Of a stretch of DNA of 64,000 bases, positions 1-19,798 are shown piece after piece. A program made the translations under genes and the position numbers. The first letter of the stretch is position 1. The number at the start of each line of letters is the position of its first letter. Origin of the DNA: the human T2T-CHM13v2.0 reference genome, Homo sapiens; assembly GCF_009914755.1 (NCBI RefSeq), contig NC_060938.1; one strand, written 5' to 3'. The notes beneath the pieces are model-generated. The model made no database searches, was not told the origin of the DNA, and worked only from the letters and a program-made list of their open reading frames with translations.

Positions 1-60
1 AGGGGCCCACTGGCCACAGCAGTTTGTCTGCAGGGTGACAGCAGCAGCAGTGATTGCAGC

Positions 61-186
<126 letters not shown>

Positions 187-568
187 CTAGGGAAGAAGGC
201 ACCTAGTTCACCTCAGCCTAGGCACCTTGGACACTGAGGGTATCTTAGGAGTCTGCCCTGCTCAACACCTGACTCCTAATAACTGGAAGAAAGGGATGGG
301 GTGGGAAGGGAAGGATGGAAGGGATGGAAGAGCAATCTGAGAAAATACTAATACCTCAGCTGGACACCAGGTGTCACTGCTGCAGCAGAAATAATGACAC
401 AAGCCTGTCTTTCAAGAAGTTTGACCAGAGTCCCTAGTCTTAGAAAGTCCTGACTCTGGGAGAGTCAGATTCAGAAAGGACTAAGCTACTTGGACCAGAG
501 AGAGTGGCTGGAGGACAAAAAAGAGACTGAAGATAGGTCACAATATCTTTCTGGTTTCCCATGCCCTA

Positions 569-826
<258 letters not shown>

Positions 827-1456
827 TCATACAAATGCCCCCAGAGTCTCTCTGCAATCACCTGTAGTTTTAAGATGCTTCTGCAAATCCTACCAGAACT
901 CTCATCTCCTTCACTGGGCTGCACCCATGGAGCACACTCCCTCTGTACAACAGCCCTGGCCTTACCTGCGTCTCTCAGTTGTGCAGGAAGCAAAGGGAAG
1001 GGAAGGGGACAGGAGGCCTAAATAAAGTAGGCTAGGCTGGGAACAAGGGGATCCAATAAGATCTGGTCCTCACTGGCTTTTGGTTTCTCTCCATAGGCAC
1101 ATCCCCTACACTCAGCTTAAATCATTTCTGACCCCTTCCTACCAGTGCTGAGGATTCTTCCCACCTTTTTCCAGCCCCTACATCTGCAGTCTGGTGACCT
1201 CGACCTCAAAGAAAGTCTCCTCCTCTGGACTGGGATAGAAGAGATGGAGCCTGGGCCCAGTTAGGCTTTCAGACATGTCCAGGCCCGGATGTTAGGGTCA
1301 GGGTGGTGACCCCAAGAGGCAGAGTCACACGGGAATCTTCACAGAGTACATTCCTTGGCACTACCACTTCTGGCAGGAGGCCAGGCAGCATGTCCCTATC
1401 CCCTCCCCAAAGGCAGTGGCACTGGCTGCCCTGAAGGAGAACCCAGACATACTGAC

Positions 1457-1508
1457 CTCAGAGGGGAGGATGGGTTGGCCACAGGCTGCACACTTAGGAG
1501 CATAATTT
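1457..1508 (-). CDS. AJUBA: AJUBA coding exon 6 (start of LIM3)
   Basis: CAG acceptor, GTCAGT donor; encodes NYAPKCAACGQPILPSE. Confidence 0.96.
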
Positions 1509-1590
1509 CTGAAAGAGAGAGGGAAGAGATGAGCTGAGGCTGGGGAATCCCTGGACCCAGTTCCACACTGCATCCCAAGGGGCAGACTCA

Positions 1591-1746
<156 letters not shown>

Positions 1747-1918
1747 TCAGTCTCCCTCCAGTCCCAGCTCTCCAGCTGCCCATTATGCTCCTTATTACTC
1801 CCATTAACCTCATCCAACCCGCTGCTATACTCCCAGAACAATGCTATGTAATGTCGGTGAAGAAGTCGTAAAATGGAGGCGGAGACCCTGAAAAGTGCCT
1901 GAGAGAGCATTCAGGCCA

Positions 1919-2107
1919 GCAGTGTTTCACTCTGGCTGCATATCAGGATCACCTAGGCAGCTTTTAAAAAACATCAATGCTTTGGCCCTCCTCCAGGCCT
2001 ATTATCACAATCTGTGGTGATGGGATCCAAACACTGTTTTTTGTTTTGTTTTGTTTTTTAGTTCTTCCCAGCTGATCTGCTAGGCTACCATGATTGAGAA
2101 TCACTGA
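1919..2107. mobile_element. MER5-family (hAT-Charlie) DNA transposon fossil
   Basis: Ends cagtgtttc... and ...ttgagaatcactg; internal gcatatcaggatcacct motif. Confidence 0.6.
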
Positions 2108-2195
2108 TTTAATCCTATCTTTTGTTTTTACAGAAAAGAAAACTGAGTCCCAAGTGATTCTAACCAGTAGCAGAAAGGGGATTAAGACTCAGGAC

Positions 2196-2787
2196 TGGCC
2201 GGGCGCGGCGGCTTACGCCTGTAATCCCAGCACTTTGGGAGGCCGAGGTGGGCGGATCACAAGGTCAGGAGATCGAGACCATACTGGCTAACACAGTGAA
2301 ACCCCGTCTCTACTAAAAACACACCAAAAAATTAGCCGGGCATGTGGCGGGCGCCTGTAGTCCCAGCTAGGCAGGAGAATGGCGTGAACCAGGAGGCGGA
2401 GCTTGCAGTAAGCCGAGATCGCACCACTGGACTCCAGCCTGGGCAACAGAGTGAGACTCCATCTCAAAAAAAAAAAAAAGAAGACGACTCAGGACCCCAG
2501 GCTGGGCATGGTGGCTCACGCCTATAATCTAGCACTTTGGGAGGCTGAGGCAGGAGGATCACTTGAGGCCAGGAATTCGAGACCAGCCTGGCCAACATGG
2601 CAAAACCTTTTATCTACTAAACATACAAAAATTAGCCAGGCATGGTGGCGCATGCCTGTAGTCCTAGCTACTTGGGAGGCTGAGGCACTAGAATCACTTG
2701 AACCTGGGAGGCGGAGGTTGCAGTGAGCCGAGATCATTCCACTTTGTCAGAGCGAGACTCTGTCTCAAAAAAAAAAAAAAAAAAAAG
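2196..2787 (+). mobile_element. Two tandem Alus in AJUBA intron 4
   Basis: Alu consensus and A-tails; shared target sequence gactcaggac. Confidence 0.95.
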
Positions 2788-3073
2788 ACTCAGGACCCCA
2801 CACTCCTAGCTCAGGCTGGAAGGCCTGGCTGTGCCTGCAGAGTTAGGGAGGGGCTAGGTCATAGAAGCCTGGGTTGACAGGCTTTTGAGCCCAGACTTGA
2901 TCCCATAGGCAGAGGGAAGCCACTGTAAACAGTTGCTCTGGGGAGGAATGGGATGAAAGTGATTCATCTGGTGACAGGCTTCTTTCCCCAACCTTCTCTC
3001 AATATCCATTTAGTCCCTGATCCCGCTCCTCAGCCTCACAGTGAGACTTCTCAGCTGAAAGCACTTTACTTAC

Positions 3074-3136
3074 CTTCTCCAAAATCAAGTGACCACAGAC
3101 ACAGCATTTCTCAGCTGCCTCCTGAAACCCTGAAAA
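3074..3136 (-). CDS. AJUBA: AJUBA coding exon 4 (start of LIM2)
   Basis: TAG acceptor, GTAAGT donor; encodes [21 protein letters not shown]. Confidence 0.97.
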
Positions 3137-3262
3137 CTAAAGTAAAAGACAAGACGAACGGAGGCTGTTATCAAACTGAGAATGATGGGTGGTACTCCAA
3201 TGGGCCACCAAGAAGGGGGTCAGTATGGAAACCAATTCCAGGTCCAGGTGACCCTTACTCAC

Positions 3263-3330
3263 CAGATAATCTTCCTCACAGTACACAGAGCCATTGACAC
3301 TGTAGAAAGCCTTGCAACGCAAAGTTCGCC
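3263..3330 (-). CDS. AJUBA: AJUBA coding exon 3 (LIM1 second half)
   Basis: TAG acceptor, GTGAGT donor; encodes [22 protein letters not shown]. Confidence 0.97.
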
Positions 3331-4473
3331 CTAGAAACAATAGAGAAGGGGCTGGAACCTATCCCACAGCCCAGGTGCAAGACTTCTGGGGTCACTGCTC
3401 CCCGCTGCTGCATAATATATTTAAACCTGGACTTTGTGCTTTTCCTCCTAACTGCTGTCTGTCCTTCCCCGCACAAAAATTCCATCTGATGCAATTCCAA
3501 TTTGCTTTGGCTTCATTCCAGCCAACTTCCCCTCTCCTCTGCTTGCTGCTCCTCCAGCTCCTGCCTCCTTAACAGTTTTCTAGGGCCCCTCCCCTAAACA
3601 AACTGCCTTCCTCTCCAGTGCATAGGAAGCCACCTGGGAGAGTAAAGCCAACTACGTGCTGGAATACGTGAGCTCTTAATAAGGTGCTATATGATTTGCA
3701 TAGAGAGAACCACATTGTTAACAGGCCTTTCCCTCTGGGACCCTTCAACCTAGAAGCCTCTTTGCCTGAGCATATCTATCCTGCTCTCAAATGCCTGTCT
3801 CCTTCCAGGGACAGACTCCATGGAGGTCAGGACTGGAGTTACTGCAGAAGGACAAAGTGCTTTGTTTGGAAGCAAAGCAGGTCCCCTCTCCTGTTTGTAT
3901 AAGGCTGCTTCCCTAAGCTTAGAGGGACCCAGAGTCACTGGGGTAAGAGACAACCCAGGATCTTCTTCCAGCAGACAAGGCAGGACAATTCCCCATGTGA
4001 CCAACCCCCAGGAACTGCTCCCAGGTGTCTACATTATCAGGGATAGGGAAGGAGTGAGAACAGGTGGAGCATGAGCAATTTTCCCACCTTTGCCTTCTTC
4101 CCCTCAAAATCCCTACTTCCAACTCTGTCCAGTGGGTTAGGAAAGCTGACTTAGAAGCTCATGAGACACAGGGGAGGAAAGATAGGGAAAGAGATATAGC
4201 CAGAAGAGGCCCTGTAAACAGAAGGATAGACAGACAGATGAGCCTAAAGAGAACCAGGCAGAAACTGGGGGAGTGAGAAAAGCTGAGTGCTGAAGTCAGA
4301 CAGGCAGAGATAGGAGATTAAAGGTTTAGCAAAGGAATCAGAATGGGTAAGCAGTAAGGAGGGGGTAATGAGGGAGGGGAGGGGGGCAGTTAAGGCCGCT
4401 GGGAGCATCCCCCCTTTCCAAGTGGGCCTCCTGAGCTAACAGTGGCAGGCATTCCTGGAGCGTGATGTCATCA

Positions 4474-5100
<627 letters not shown>

Positions 5101-7878
5101 TCAAAACCAGGGATTCCCAAGCTTTCCTGACTGCCCTTTCCTGATGTGCCAGGGGTCACAGTCTCCCTTTGATGGGCTCCCTTCTGAGTAGAGAAGATAA
5201 CGAGTAATGAGATGCAGCAAGATCTTGGCTGAGCAGATCCATTCTTGTTTATTTAATTACTCAACAGATATTTTCTGAGCATCTGTTTTGTGCTTAACAC
5301 AGCACCACTACCTAAGGAAACCTGGAGAAAGTCGAAGATATGGTCCCTGGCATTCAGATGCTTAGTTTCTGTTGGGGAGAAAAGACTACACAGGCAAGGT
5401 ATGATCTCTGTTGCAGTGTGTAGGATGAACGGTCAAAGATGCCAGTCCACAGGTGCTCAGCAGCAGACTTGAAAATACTTTCTAGAGAAAGCAGGCTAGG
5501 CCCAGAAATCGTCTCTGGGACTTCAGTTTCCCATCAGTCAAACGAGCTGTTCAGTTATAGAATGATTTCTCTCCACTGCAGACTTCCAAGGATGGAGAAA
5601 AGGATCTGGCTTGGCAGAGGGCTCCGTGCAGAGGGGACCATGTGAGCATGATTCCTGTGGGGAGGTGGCTGCTGAGAATGCAGGGTGTGTTCCAGGAACC
5701 AGGGTTGAACAGGAAAGCAGGGAGAGTAGCAGAGCCCCTGATGCCTCCTAGTCACCTTCTATCATGGGAAGAATACAGAACTGAACTGCTTGCTATTCCC
5801 CAAAATCCCCCACTAAGATATATACACCTGGCTCTGGGACTTGCCTTTCCTGGGTGTGTTCTTCCCTCCCTCCACTCCCCAATTCCAGGCCCATGAGTGA
5901 GGGCTAGGGCCTGTCTTTGGGGAGCAGATCCCAACGGGCCTGCCCCACCTCTCCCCCTCGGCACGCTGCCACACTCCCTGCCTGTTGGGGCCCATCCCAG
6001 TCTTTGCCCAGGGGCTTGGGAGCCTGTGCAGCAGCTGCAGCAACTGATGGGCCCAGGCCTGTCCTGCTCCCACCCTCTGGCAGCTGGGCAAGGCTGAAGC
6101 CAAGGAAGAGGGCCCCTACTAGGGGCAGGAGGAGGGTACAGTCAAGCTGGGGCTAGCGGCACAAGGGGTATGTAGGGGTTCTGTCAAAGGAGGCAACCTG
6201 ACTCCCAAGGAGAAGGGGCCCCCATCTCTGAATTCAAAATGTGGCTTCCTCATGGAAGTGAAGATCTGCCCCAAGATTGCCATGCCAGGGGGTCCTGTCG
6301 GAGCCATTCTTTAGGAAACCTTGGACGTTATGGGAAAAGCAAACGAAACTGCTCAGGCACGTTGGCCTCACCTCCTCTAACCCAGCATATCTATACCTAT
6401 GTTCTTCCTGCCATTTTATTGCAGTTTCTCTGAGTTCCTTTCTTCCTTTTGGCTCTGATGGTTCAGCCAAAAAGACTTCTTTACTAGCCACCTCTCCTGG
6501 GCCTCAAAATGAAACTGCTAAATGGGCCCTGTCATTCAGTCTTCCTTGATCAAAGCGGTTTGGCATCATCTCCTCTGGGCTTTCCTCTCGGTGGATTTGG
6601 AGGTGGGGAAAAGAATGGGGGTGGAGGCTGGGGGTTGAGTTATGCCCTTATAGCCTGCCGCCCTGCTACCTCTGAACCTCCTACCCAACCATCCCTCCCT
6701 GGCCGCGTTCCTCTTCCTATTCACTTTTCTAGCCATAGAGTTCTACAGCATGGGGTCCAGGAGTGGGGCATGAGTGGTAAGAAGAGATGCTTAGAAAAGT
6801 GAAAGAGGCCCACAGCCCTTAGGCGGTAAGCCTGCCACTTCTTTCCAATCACAATCAGATTCGAAGTTTTTTATGTGTGTAGCAGTGCCTGTGAATTTTG
6901 ACTAAAAGATCTTTCAAGACCCTAATGTTCCTCATAGCTGAGACATATAATCAATCAATACTTCCTGAACAGAGTAGGGGAGGGAGACAGCGACCAGGTT
7001 TCCTTAACAGTGTCAGGAAGTAAGGCGCTACTTCTGGCCTGAATTCTGAGAGGTTATAAGCAGAATTCAAGGCCAAGTTATTTCTGGCAATAACACAGGG
7101 TCGTTATCCATCCAGAGGTAATGGTGTCCCAGTAGTCATGACTTTTACCCTGACTTCCGGAGGATGGGGAAAATAGAAGCTGGTACTACTGGGTCTCTGA
7201 TTAAATGCCCACGCACGCACCTAGCCAACAGGACTGGGGAGGGACAGCAGTTGGGTCCCAGGGCGCTCCATCCTGTCTCCCAGGCTCCATTTCCCCGACA
7301 GCCGCCACTACTCCGCGTATGCTAGGGAGCGTCCCCCGATCCCCGAACCCCACCCCTCCGCCGCGCGGCGGCAGCCGCCCCGCCCGCGGGCACCTGGAGC
7401 GCCCGGGCAGGAGTCGGCACGCACGCGGCCAGCCTGCCCCGCCCCCCCACCCGCGCATTCTCCGAATTCCTGCGGGCGGAGCCTGGGCCCGGGTGGGGGC
7501 GCGGCGCGCACAAACCTCCAGGGGCACCGCCGTGAAAGGGGGGAGCAAGTTGGGGGGGATGCGCCTTCACTGCCCCACTTGGTCCCTTCCCTACGAGGCC
7601 TCCTGCCGCAAAAAACCGAGGTTCAAATGCTTGAGAAACGGACTCACGAGATACCAGGGGGGTTGAATTTAGCAGAAATAAGGAGCCCTGGTTCATCTGA
7701 AAACTAGCAGGAAGGGGACAGTGCTCTGGGGCCGCCCCCATCCATCCCTCTTGCTTCTTTCCTAGTCCCGCGTCTTCACCTCGGACCCCGGGGCACCGGC
7801 ACTTTGGGCCGTCGGGGCAGTGGAGAACCGAATACCGTGACGGGTCCCTTCCCGTCCCTAACCACTTCTCTCACTCAC

Positions 7879-8884
7879 CGAAGTAGTCCTCCCTGGCCTC
7901 TGGCTCCCGCATCCGGGCCCGGGCGGCCTCCGGAACGAAAGGACCTGGTGGCTCCTCCAGACCCGACGGCTCAATCCCCGAGGGTTCTCCGCGGGCTCCG
8001 GCTTCTCGCCCACCGGTGCCCACCGTCAGGCGAAGCAAAGCTGTTAGCTCGTCCTGGTACCGGGCGCCCACGGCGCAGTCCCCGTAGCCGGTCACAGAGT
8101 GTCGTCCGGGTTGCGCCCCCCGTCTCTCCAAGGGCCCCGCCGCTCCCACTCCGGCCCCGGCTAGAGCTCCAGGGCTGCCCAGGGCCGGGGGATACGAGTG
8201 GCGGCTTTCCTGGCAGCCGAACCCCGCGGGCCGCTGAGCGTACAATCGGTCCAGGGCGGCGTGGAGCTCCGGGTAGGCGGACGGGACCCCTCCGGGAGAA
8301 TAGCCTGCCGGTGCTCCGGCCAGGGGTGGGCCAAACAGGCACGGCCCCGCTGGCAAGGGGCTCCCGTGGCGCTGGTCGTAGCCCATGCTGATGCCGCTGG
8401 TGCGATTGCTGCAGGGCCGGCTACCTCCAGCTCCGCCAGCCCCCGCCCCGTCCAGCAGCAGGCTGCCCCGGGGGCTGGACGGCTTGCTCGCGTCGCTGGC
8501 CGAGCTACTGGCGAAGCTAGAGCGGGGGCTGAGGGCCGGGGCCGTGGGCTCCAGCCGAAAATCGGGGGGCAACGACTGAGGTAGAGGCAAGGCCCGGGTG
8601 GGCGGCGGCCCCGCGGGAAAAGAGCCTTCGTAGCGCGGCGCCTCAAAGGAGCCGCGCTGATTTCGCTCAGCGTCCAGGGAACCTTGCTCCCGGGCCGGCT
8701 CCAACGGCTCATCCCCAGGTCCCCCAGTAGCTCCTCGGGGCCCTGACTTCCTAGGTCCCCCCAACCCACTTAGGCGCCCCTTGCCCGGCCCGGGGGTCCC
8801 GTCAGACCCAGACCGGCTAGATTCACCCTTTCTGCGGCCGAACTTCTCCAGCAGGCGACTGGCTTTCTCTCCTAACCGCTCCAT
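7879..8884 (-). CDS. AJUBA: AJUBA coding exon 1 (Gly/Pro-rich preLIM region). Full CDS = complement join(61..186,665..733,1457..1508,1592..1722,3074..3136,3263..3330,4962..5063,7879..8884), 1617 nt, 538 aa
   Basis: ATG at 8884 gives [21 protein letters not shown]...AREDYFG. GTGAGT donor follows 7879. The eight exons sum to 538 codons plus stop. Confidence 0.98.
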
Positions 8885-9299
8885 GCCCTCGGGCCTGGGG
8901 CCTCTCGCCCCCTCCCCGCCTGGCACCCTGCGGCGTCTCGGCGGCCGGTTCTCTTTCCCTGCAGCCGGACTCTGGTTCCCCAGGGGCACAGGGGAGGCAC
9001 AGGGGCTTAGCGGGCGGCCTGGATGCCCTGCGCCAGGAATCCCACAGCATCCCCCAGCGGGAGGGGCTGCGTCCCCCCGCGCATCTGGGGCTGAGCGGGG
9101 CTAGCAGGGTCTCTGGCCGCGGCTGTCCAGTCCGCAGGTCTATCTGTTCACGCGTCGACTCGCCCGACTGCCCCACTCTCCCCGGCCCCCGCCCCCCTAG
9201 CTCTCACGCTAGCCACAGACCGAACTTCTCTCCCAAACTTTTGTCTGCCTGGCCGGATCTACTTTCCTAGGGGGGCGGAGCGCGGTGTGTGCGAGAGCG

Positions 9300-11800
<2,501 letters not shown>

Positions 11801-11849
11801 TAAACTGGAGCTGGGATCTCCAAAGGCCCTCTTCGTTCCCAAGACTTTA

Positions 11850-13060
11850 ATTATAATCTGTATATGCAGGTGACTCCCTAATCCATATTTCCAGCCCAGT
11901 CTTTCTTGGAATTAAAAACTCAACTAACTACTAGCATCTCCAATGGCTGTCTCAGAAGCACCCAATATCCTAAACTGATCTCATCTTCTCTGCCTCATGA
12001 AACTGGCTCCTCTAACATTCTCTGAGTAAATGGCACAATCCTGTTAGCTGCTTAAACTAGAAATCTGAGCGTCAACCCTATGTCCTCCTTCTCCCTTAAC
12101 CTCAAATCCAACCAAGTCCTATCAATCACCAAGTTCTATTAATTCTGCTTCCTAAACATCTTCCAAATCTGTCCTCCCCTCATCACCACTATATATGTCA
12201 AGTCACCGTCTTTCCTCTCCGAAACCAATGCAAAAGTCTCCTGGCCAAGGCTTGCTCCCTGCAATCCATCTTATACCCTGAGGTCAAGTGATTTTTTTCA
12301 GTACAGAAGCTTTACGACTTACAATGGAGTTATGTCTGAATAAACCCATCCATTATAAATTGAAAATATCGTAAGGCAGAAGTGCTTCTTCAACTTCACC
12401 ATATTTTCAGCTTAAAATGGGTTTATCTGATATAACTGCATCATAAGGTGAGGAGCATACTGAATCATTTCGCACCATCGTAAAGTTGAAAAATCCTAAG
12501 TCGAACCATCGTTGAGTTGGGGACTGCCTGTAGGCAAAACCTGTCGTTTTATTTCCCTGCTAAAACAAACTTTCAATGATTTCTCACTGCCCTTGGGTTG
12601 AAGTCTGTACTCTGTATTATGAGGTCTGTCTCACTCTCCAGCCTCTCCTCTAGCATTATCCCTTCCCCAAAAGTCTGCAGTAGAACTGGACCTTGTCTGT
12701 ACTCTCTCTTGCCCCTGGACTTTTGTACCTGCAGTTCCCTGTTTGGAACACTCTCTTAGCCTCCCCTTTCCTTCTGGTTAACTCTTCCCCAGTTTAGACA
12801 TTACACCCTCTCAGAAGAAGCCTTTCCAGACTGCAAGAGTAGGTTAGCTACCCCTGCTGTATATTGCCATAGTGCACTACACTCCACCATGGTCACCCTT
12901 ATCACAGTTCATTTCATTGCCTACTCCACTGCCTGGCTTCCTGACTAAACTAAAAAAATCTCTGAACAGCATCCAACCTTATCAACAATGTATCCATAGC
13001 ACAGTACCTGACACCTAGTAAAGCGATCAATGTTTGTTATAAGACTGAATAAATGTAAAG
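11850..13060. mobile_element. Degraded LINE-2 interrupted by a Tigger element
   Basis: L2-type motifs (gactccctaatccatatttccagccc; agcacagtacctgacacctagtaaagcgatcaatg; tgaataaatg end). Confidence 0.55.
12304..12530. mobile_element. Tigger4a/MER46-like MITE with TA target-site duplication
   Basis: ta-cag...cgacttacaatgg...ccatcgttgagttgg...ctg-ta imperfect terminal inverted repeats. Confidence 0.7.
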
Positions 13061-13362
13061 CCATTTTTGCTTTTCAATCCATCCAAAATGCACACCCCTT
13101 CCTCAAAATACAGCTTGGCTGACAGGACCAAGAAACAGCTACAAAGCTGTGTATTTTGCTTGGTCACATAGTGAGAGAGAGGCTGCCGGTGAGACACGGG
13201 AACTCTTTAAGCCTTAATTTCCTCATCTGTAAGATAGGAATAGTAAAATTTTCCTCATGTAATTCAATAAACAATAGCTATTATATCAGGAACCCAATTC
13301 CCCAATAGTGATAGAACTTGTGTTCCCTTGGTCAGAAGACTCAAGCTCATGACTGAAACTGC

Positions 13363-13375
13363 CCACCAGGTGGCG
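13363..13375 (+). promoter_or_regulatory. Candidate CTCF site
   Basis: CCACCAGGTGGCG closely matches the CTCF core; it lies between the AJUBA promoter and the C14orf93 coding end. Confidence 0.55.
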
Positions 13376-13832
13376 GTATTAACCTGCACTGGTCATGTTC
13401 GGTTTCCACTGCAGAGCAAGACAAGTAGTCACAGGGAAGCAAAAGGTACAACCTGGGCTGCTTCCTCAGAGCTTTGGGTGGAACTGGGCAGGGGCAGAAA
13501 CAACTCAGAGACAGGGCATATGTCAAGAAGGCCTCATGTTTCTTGGACCCATCCTCCTCATTTTCTCATCCCAGGCTTCTCCGAGATACTGTTTATGCTG
13601 AGGAATAAGCATATTCTGGCTTACTGTTCACAGTGGAGGGAGTTTCTCCCCTTCTAGATAAGTTTTTATCCCACCAGTGTTCTGCTTCCCCAGTAGAGAC
13701 TGTGTTAAGAAAAGAGGCAAATTTGCTTTCTCAGACTGCACAGAGCATCTCATTATTTTGTGAAGCCCCATGGCCACCTATTTCTGAGACATGGGGCATG
13801 GCGGAAGCCAGAGTTATTCTTGGCTGTAGATT

Positions 13833-14252
13833 TTATTCATCCTTTTCCACCTTGATTTCAATGAATGAGTTCAAGTCAGGACAGCAGGTTTTGTGGGGTT
13901 GGTCAAAAGATGGGGAGCCAGGTGCATTCTCATCCCCTCCCTCATCTTCCTCTTCTTGGAAATTAGGATTGTAAAGTTCTGGTGGAAGGAGCTGGGCTTC
14001 AGCAGAAGGCAGTCTGTCTGAGGGAGGCCCATACACACGGTTGGCTTTGGTGCCATGCTTAGAGTTAGCATCCAGGTGGTAGCAGAGCTCTGTGAGGCGC
14101 TGGGCCCGGAAACGGGGAGGGCGGGCCACCCACACACCTGGCTCGTTAAGACTGTCCTCTTCATCTGACATCAGTTCCTCTGTCACATCATTCCACAGAC
14201 GTTGGTCCTCAGGTCCAAAATGCCTCATGATACTGGATCGGTTGGCAAAAAG
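13833..14252 (-). CDS. C14orf93: C14orf93 last coding exon
   Basis: TAG acceptor; encodes LFANRSSIMRHFGPED...IEIKVEKDE, ending in TAA. Confidence 0.93.
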   Translation of the reverse strand, partial: LFANRSSIMRHFGPEDQRLWNDVTEELMSDEEDSLNEPGVWVARPPRFRAQRLTELCYHLDANSKHGTKANRVYGPPSDRLPSAEAQLLPPELYNPNFQEEEDEGGDENAPGSPSFDQPHKTCCPDLNSFIEIKVEKDE

Positions 14253-14520
14253 CTAAGGCAGGAACCCAGGAGATAGATTAGGAAGGTAAACATTCTATGG
14301 ATTAGATTTGGGGAAAAGGTTTGGTGGGGAAGGCTGTGTAAAATCTGTGCCTAAGTGAACCCAGTCCCCAAGTCAGATCTTAGCATTGGCTCACTGTTCT
14401 TCTCTATCTTCCTACATTCCTGGCTCTCAACCCTATTCTCATATGCCATGTCCTCTGGCCCTTCCCACTTAGGAAAGGGTTTAGAGTTTAGTATCTTGAA
14501 AGAAAGGCCTAGAAACCTAC

Positions 14521-14633
14521 CCGATATCGGCGACTTCGAAGTTTCTTCTCCTCTTTTTCCTTCAGGCCTTTAAAGGGGTTCAGGGAGTTGCGGTACTCAC
14601 GCCTCTTAGTAAGGAAGTAGGCCACACAGGCTC
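14521..14633 (-). CDS. C14orf93: C14orf93 coding exon 5
   Basis: CAG acceptor, GTAGGT donor; encodes ACVAYFLTKRREYRNSLNPFKGLKEKEEKKLRSRRYR. Confidence 0.92.
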
Positions 14634-14753
14634 CTGGCGGGGAGGGAAGGAAGGGAGCAAGAAGGAGGGTCCTCTGAGTAGTGGTCCCCAGCCCGTTTTT
14701 CTGCCCTAACACTATTGAATGGGAGGTTGGCGATCACTACTTAGATGAGGGCT

Positions 14754-15910
<1,157 letters not shown>

Positions 15911-16359
15911 CTACAAGTACTTTTTCAGCAGAAGCTTTCATAATACTTCAGGGTTAGCTACAAATAACAAAAGAGAGCAAGGAAAGAGAAAGCCTGGGAA
16001 ATAATATTTAGGGACCAAGGGGCAGGCCTGGCTTCTGAACATAACACCTCCTCATAACACCTTAGATTCCTCCTCCTCGTAACACCTTAGGTGCAAGACC
16101 TGCATAAACAGAATGCATGATGCTGTTCTAGCCCTTTCCTTCTCTCATTTTCGTTTCAGACTGAGAGGGAAATAAACAGGCAATTTGAGATAATTCTATG
16201 AATATATTGAAGGTGAGAATAGCCAAAAAATGTTTCAAATCCACTATTTTCAAAACCACCTAATCATCTCTATTATTCCTCTTCTCCTCTGACCAAGAAA
16301 GAGGAGTGGGAGGAGAGGGGGAGAAAGGATGGCATAGGAGTTAAACCAGTTTTTCTCAC

Positions 16360-16463
16360 CTTTTAGCTCCTTATCAGTGTAATTGTGGGGACTGGTCACC
16401 AGCTCTTGCTTGAGCTTTTCCAGAAGAAACTTCACTACTGAAATATTCCAAGAGGACTTGATG
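16360..16463 (-). CDS. C14orf93: C14orf93 coding exon 4
   Basis: CAG acceptor, GTGAGA donor; encodes SIKSSWNISVVKFLLEKLKQELVTSPHNYTDKELKG. Confidence 0.92.
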
Positions 16464-16683
16464 CTGCCACAAAGAGAAGAGAATGAATAAAGTTGTCGGC
16501 TTTGTAAGATCCAGACAAACAGAGATACCCAGCACTAATCAACTTTGTGGCAAATCCCTCCACAGCCTAAGAAGGTATGGTGAGATCAAAGCCTTAGTCT
16601 CATTGCTGTATTGGAGCATCCCCCTCTACTTCCCTGTCCTTAGCAAAGTACCTTCTAATTCTTTTTCCTCAAGGAGACCATAC

Positions 16684-16745
16684 CTTTCAGACCCATTGAA
16701 TCTCTTGTCATTGGTGATGTGGTTATGCACATTGTGGACCAGTTT
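16684..16745 (-). CDS. C14orf93: C14orf93 coding exon 3
   Basis: TAG acceptor, GTATGG donor; encodes KLVHNVHNHITNDKRFNGSE. Confidence 0.9.
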
Positions 16746-17028
16746 CTAGGAGGAAAAAAAGAAAACACAATCAAGCCAAGAGTGGATGTTATGAAAACTC
16801 TCCTCTGGTCCCTAGGGTAAAAAGGTATTGTCCCTAAGGGGCTCTCTGCCTGAATCCTTTCTAAGCCAAGAGCCTATCCAAGTTACTATTTCTAGTGTGG
16901 TCTTCCCTGACTTTTCATTTCATGTGTGTCAGGATTCCAGGATCATCCCTGGCCTTACTTCTGCTCCTGAGTAGTGTGATCACTGGAGCAGAGGGTCTCA
17001 AACATTTCCATGAACATACCCCTGATAG

Positions 17029-19798
<2,770 letters not shown>

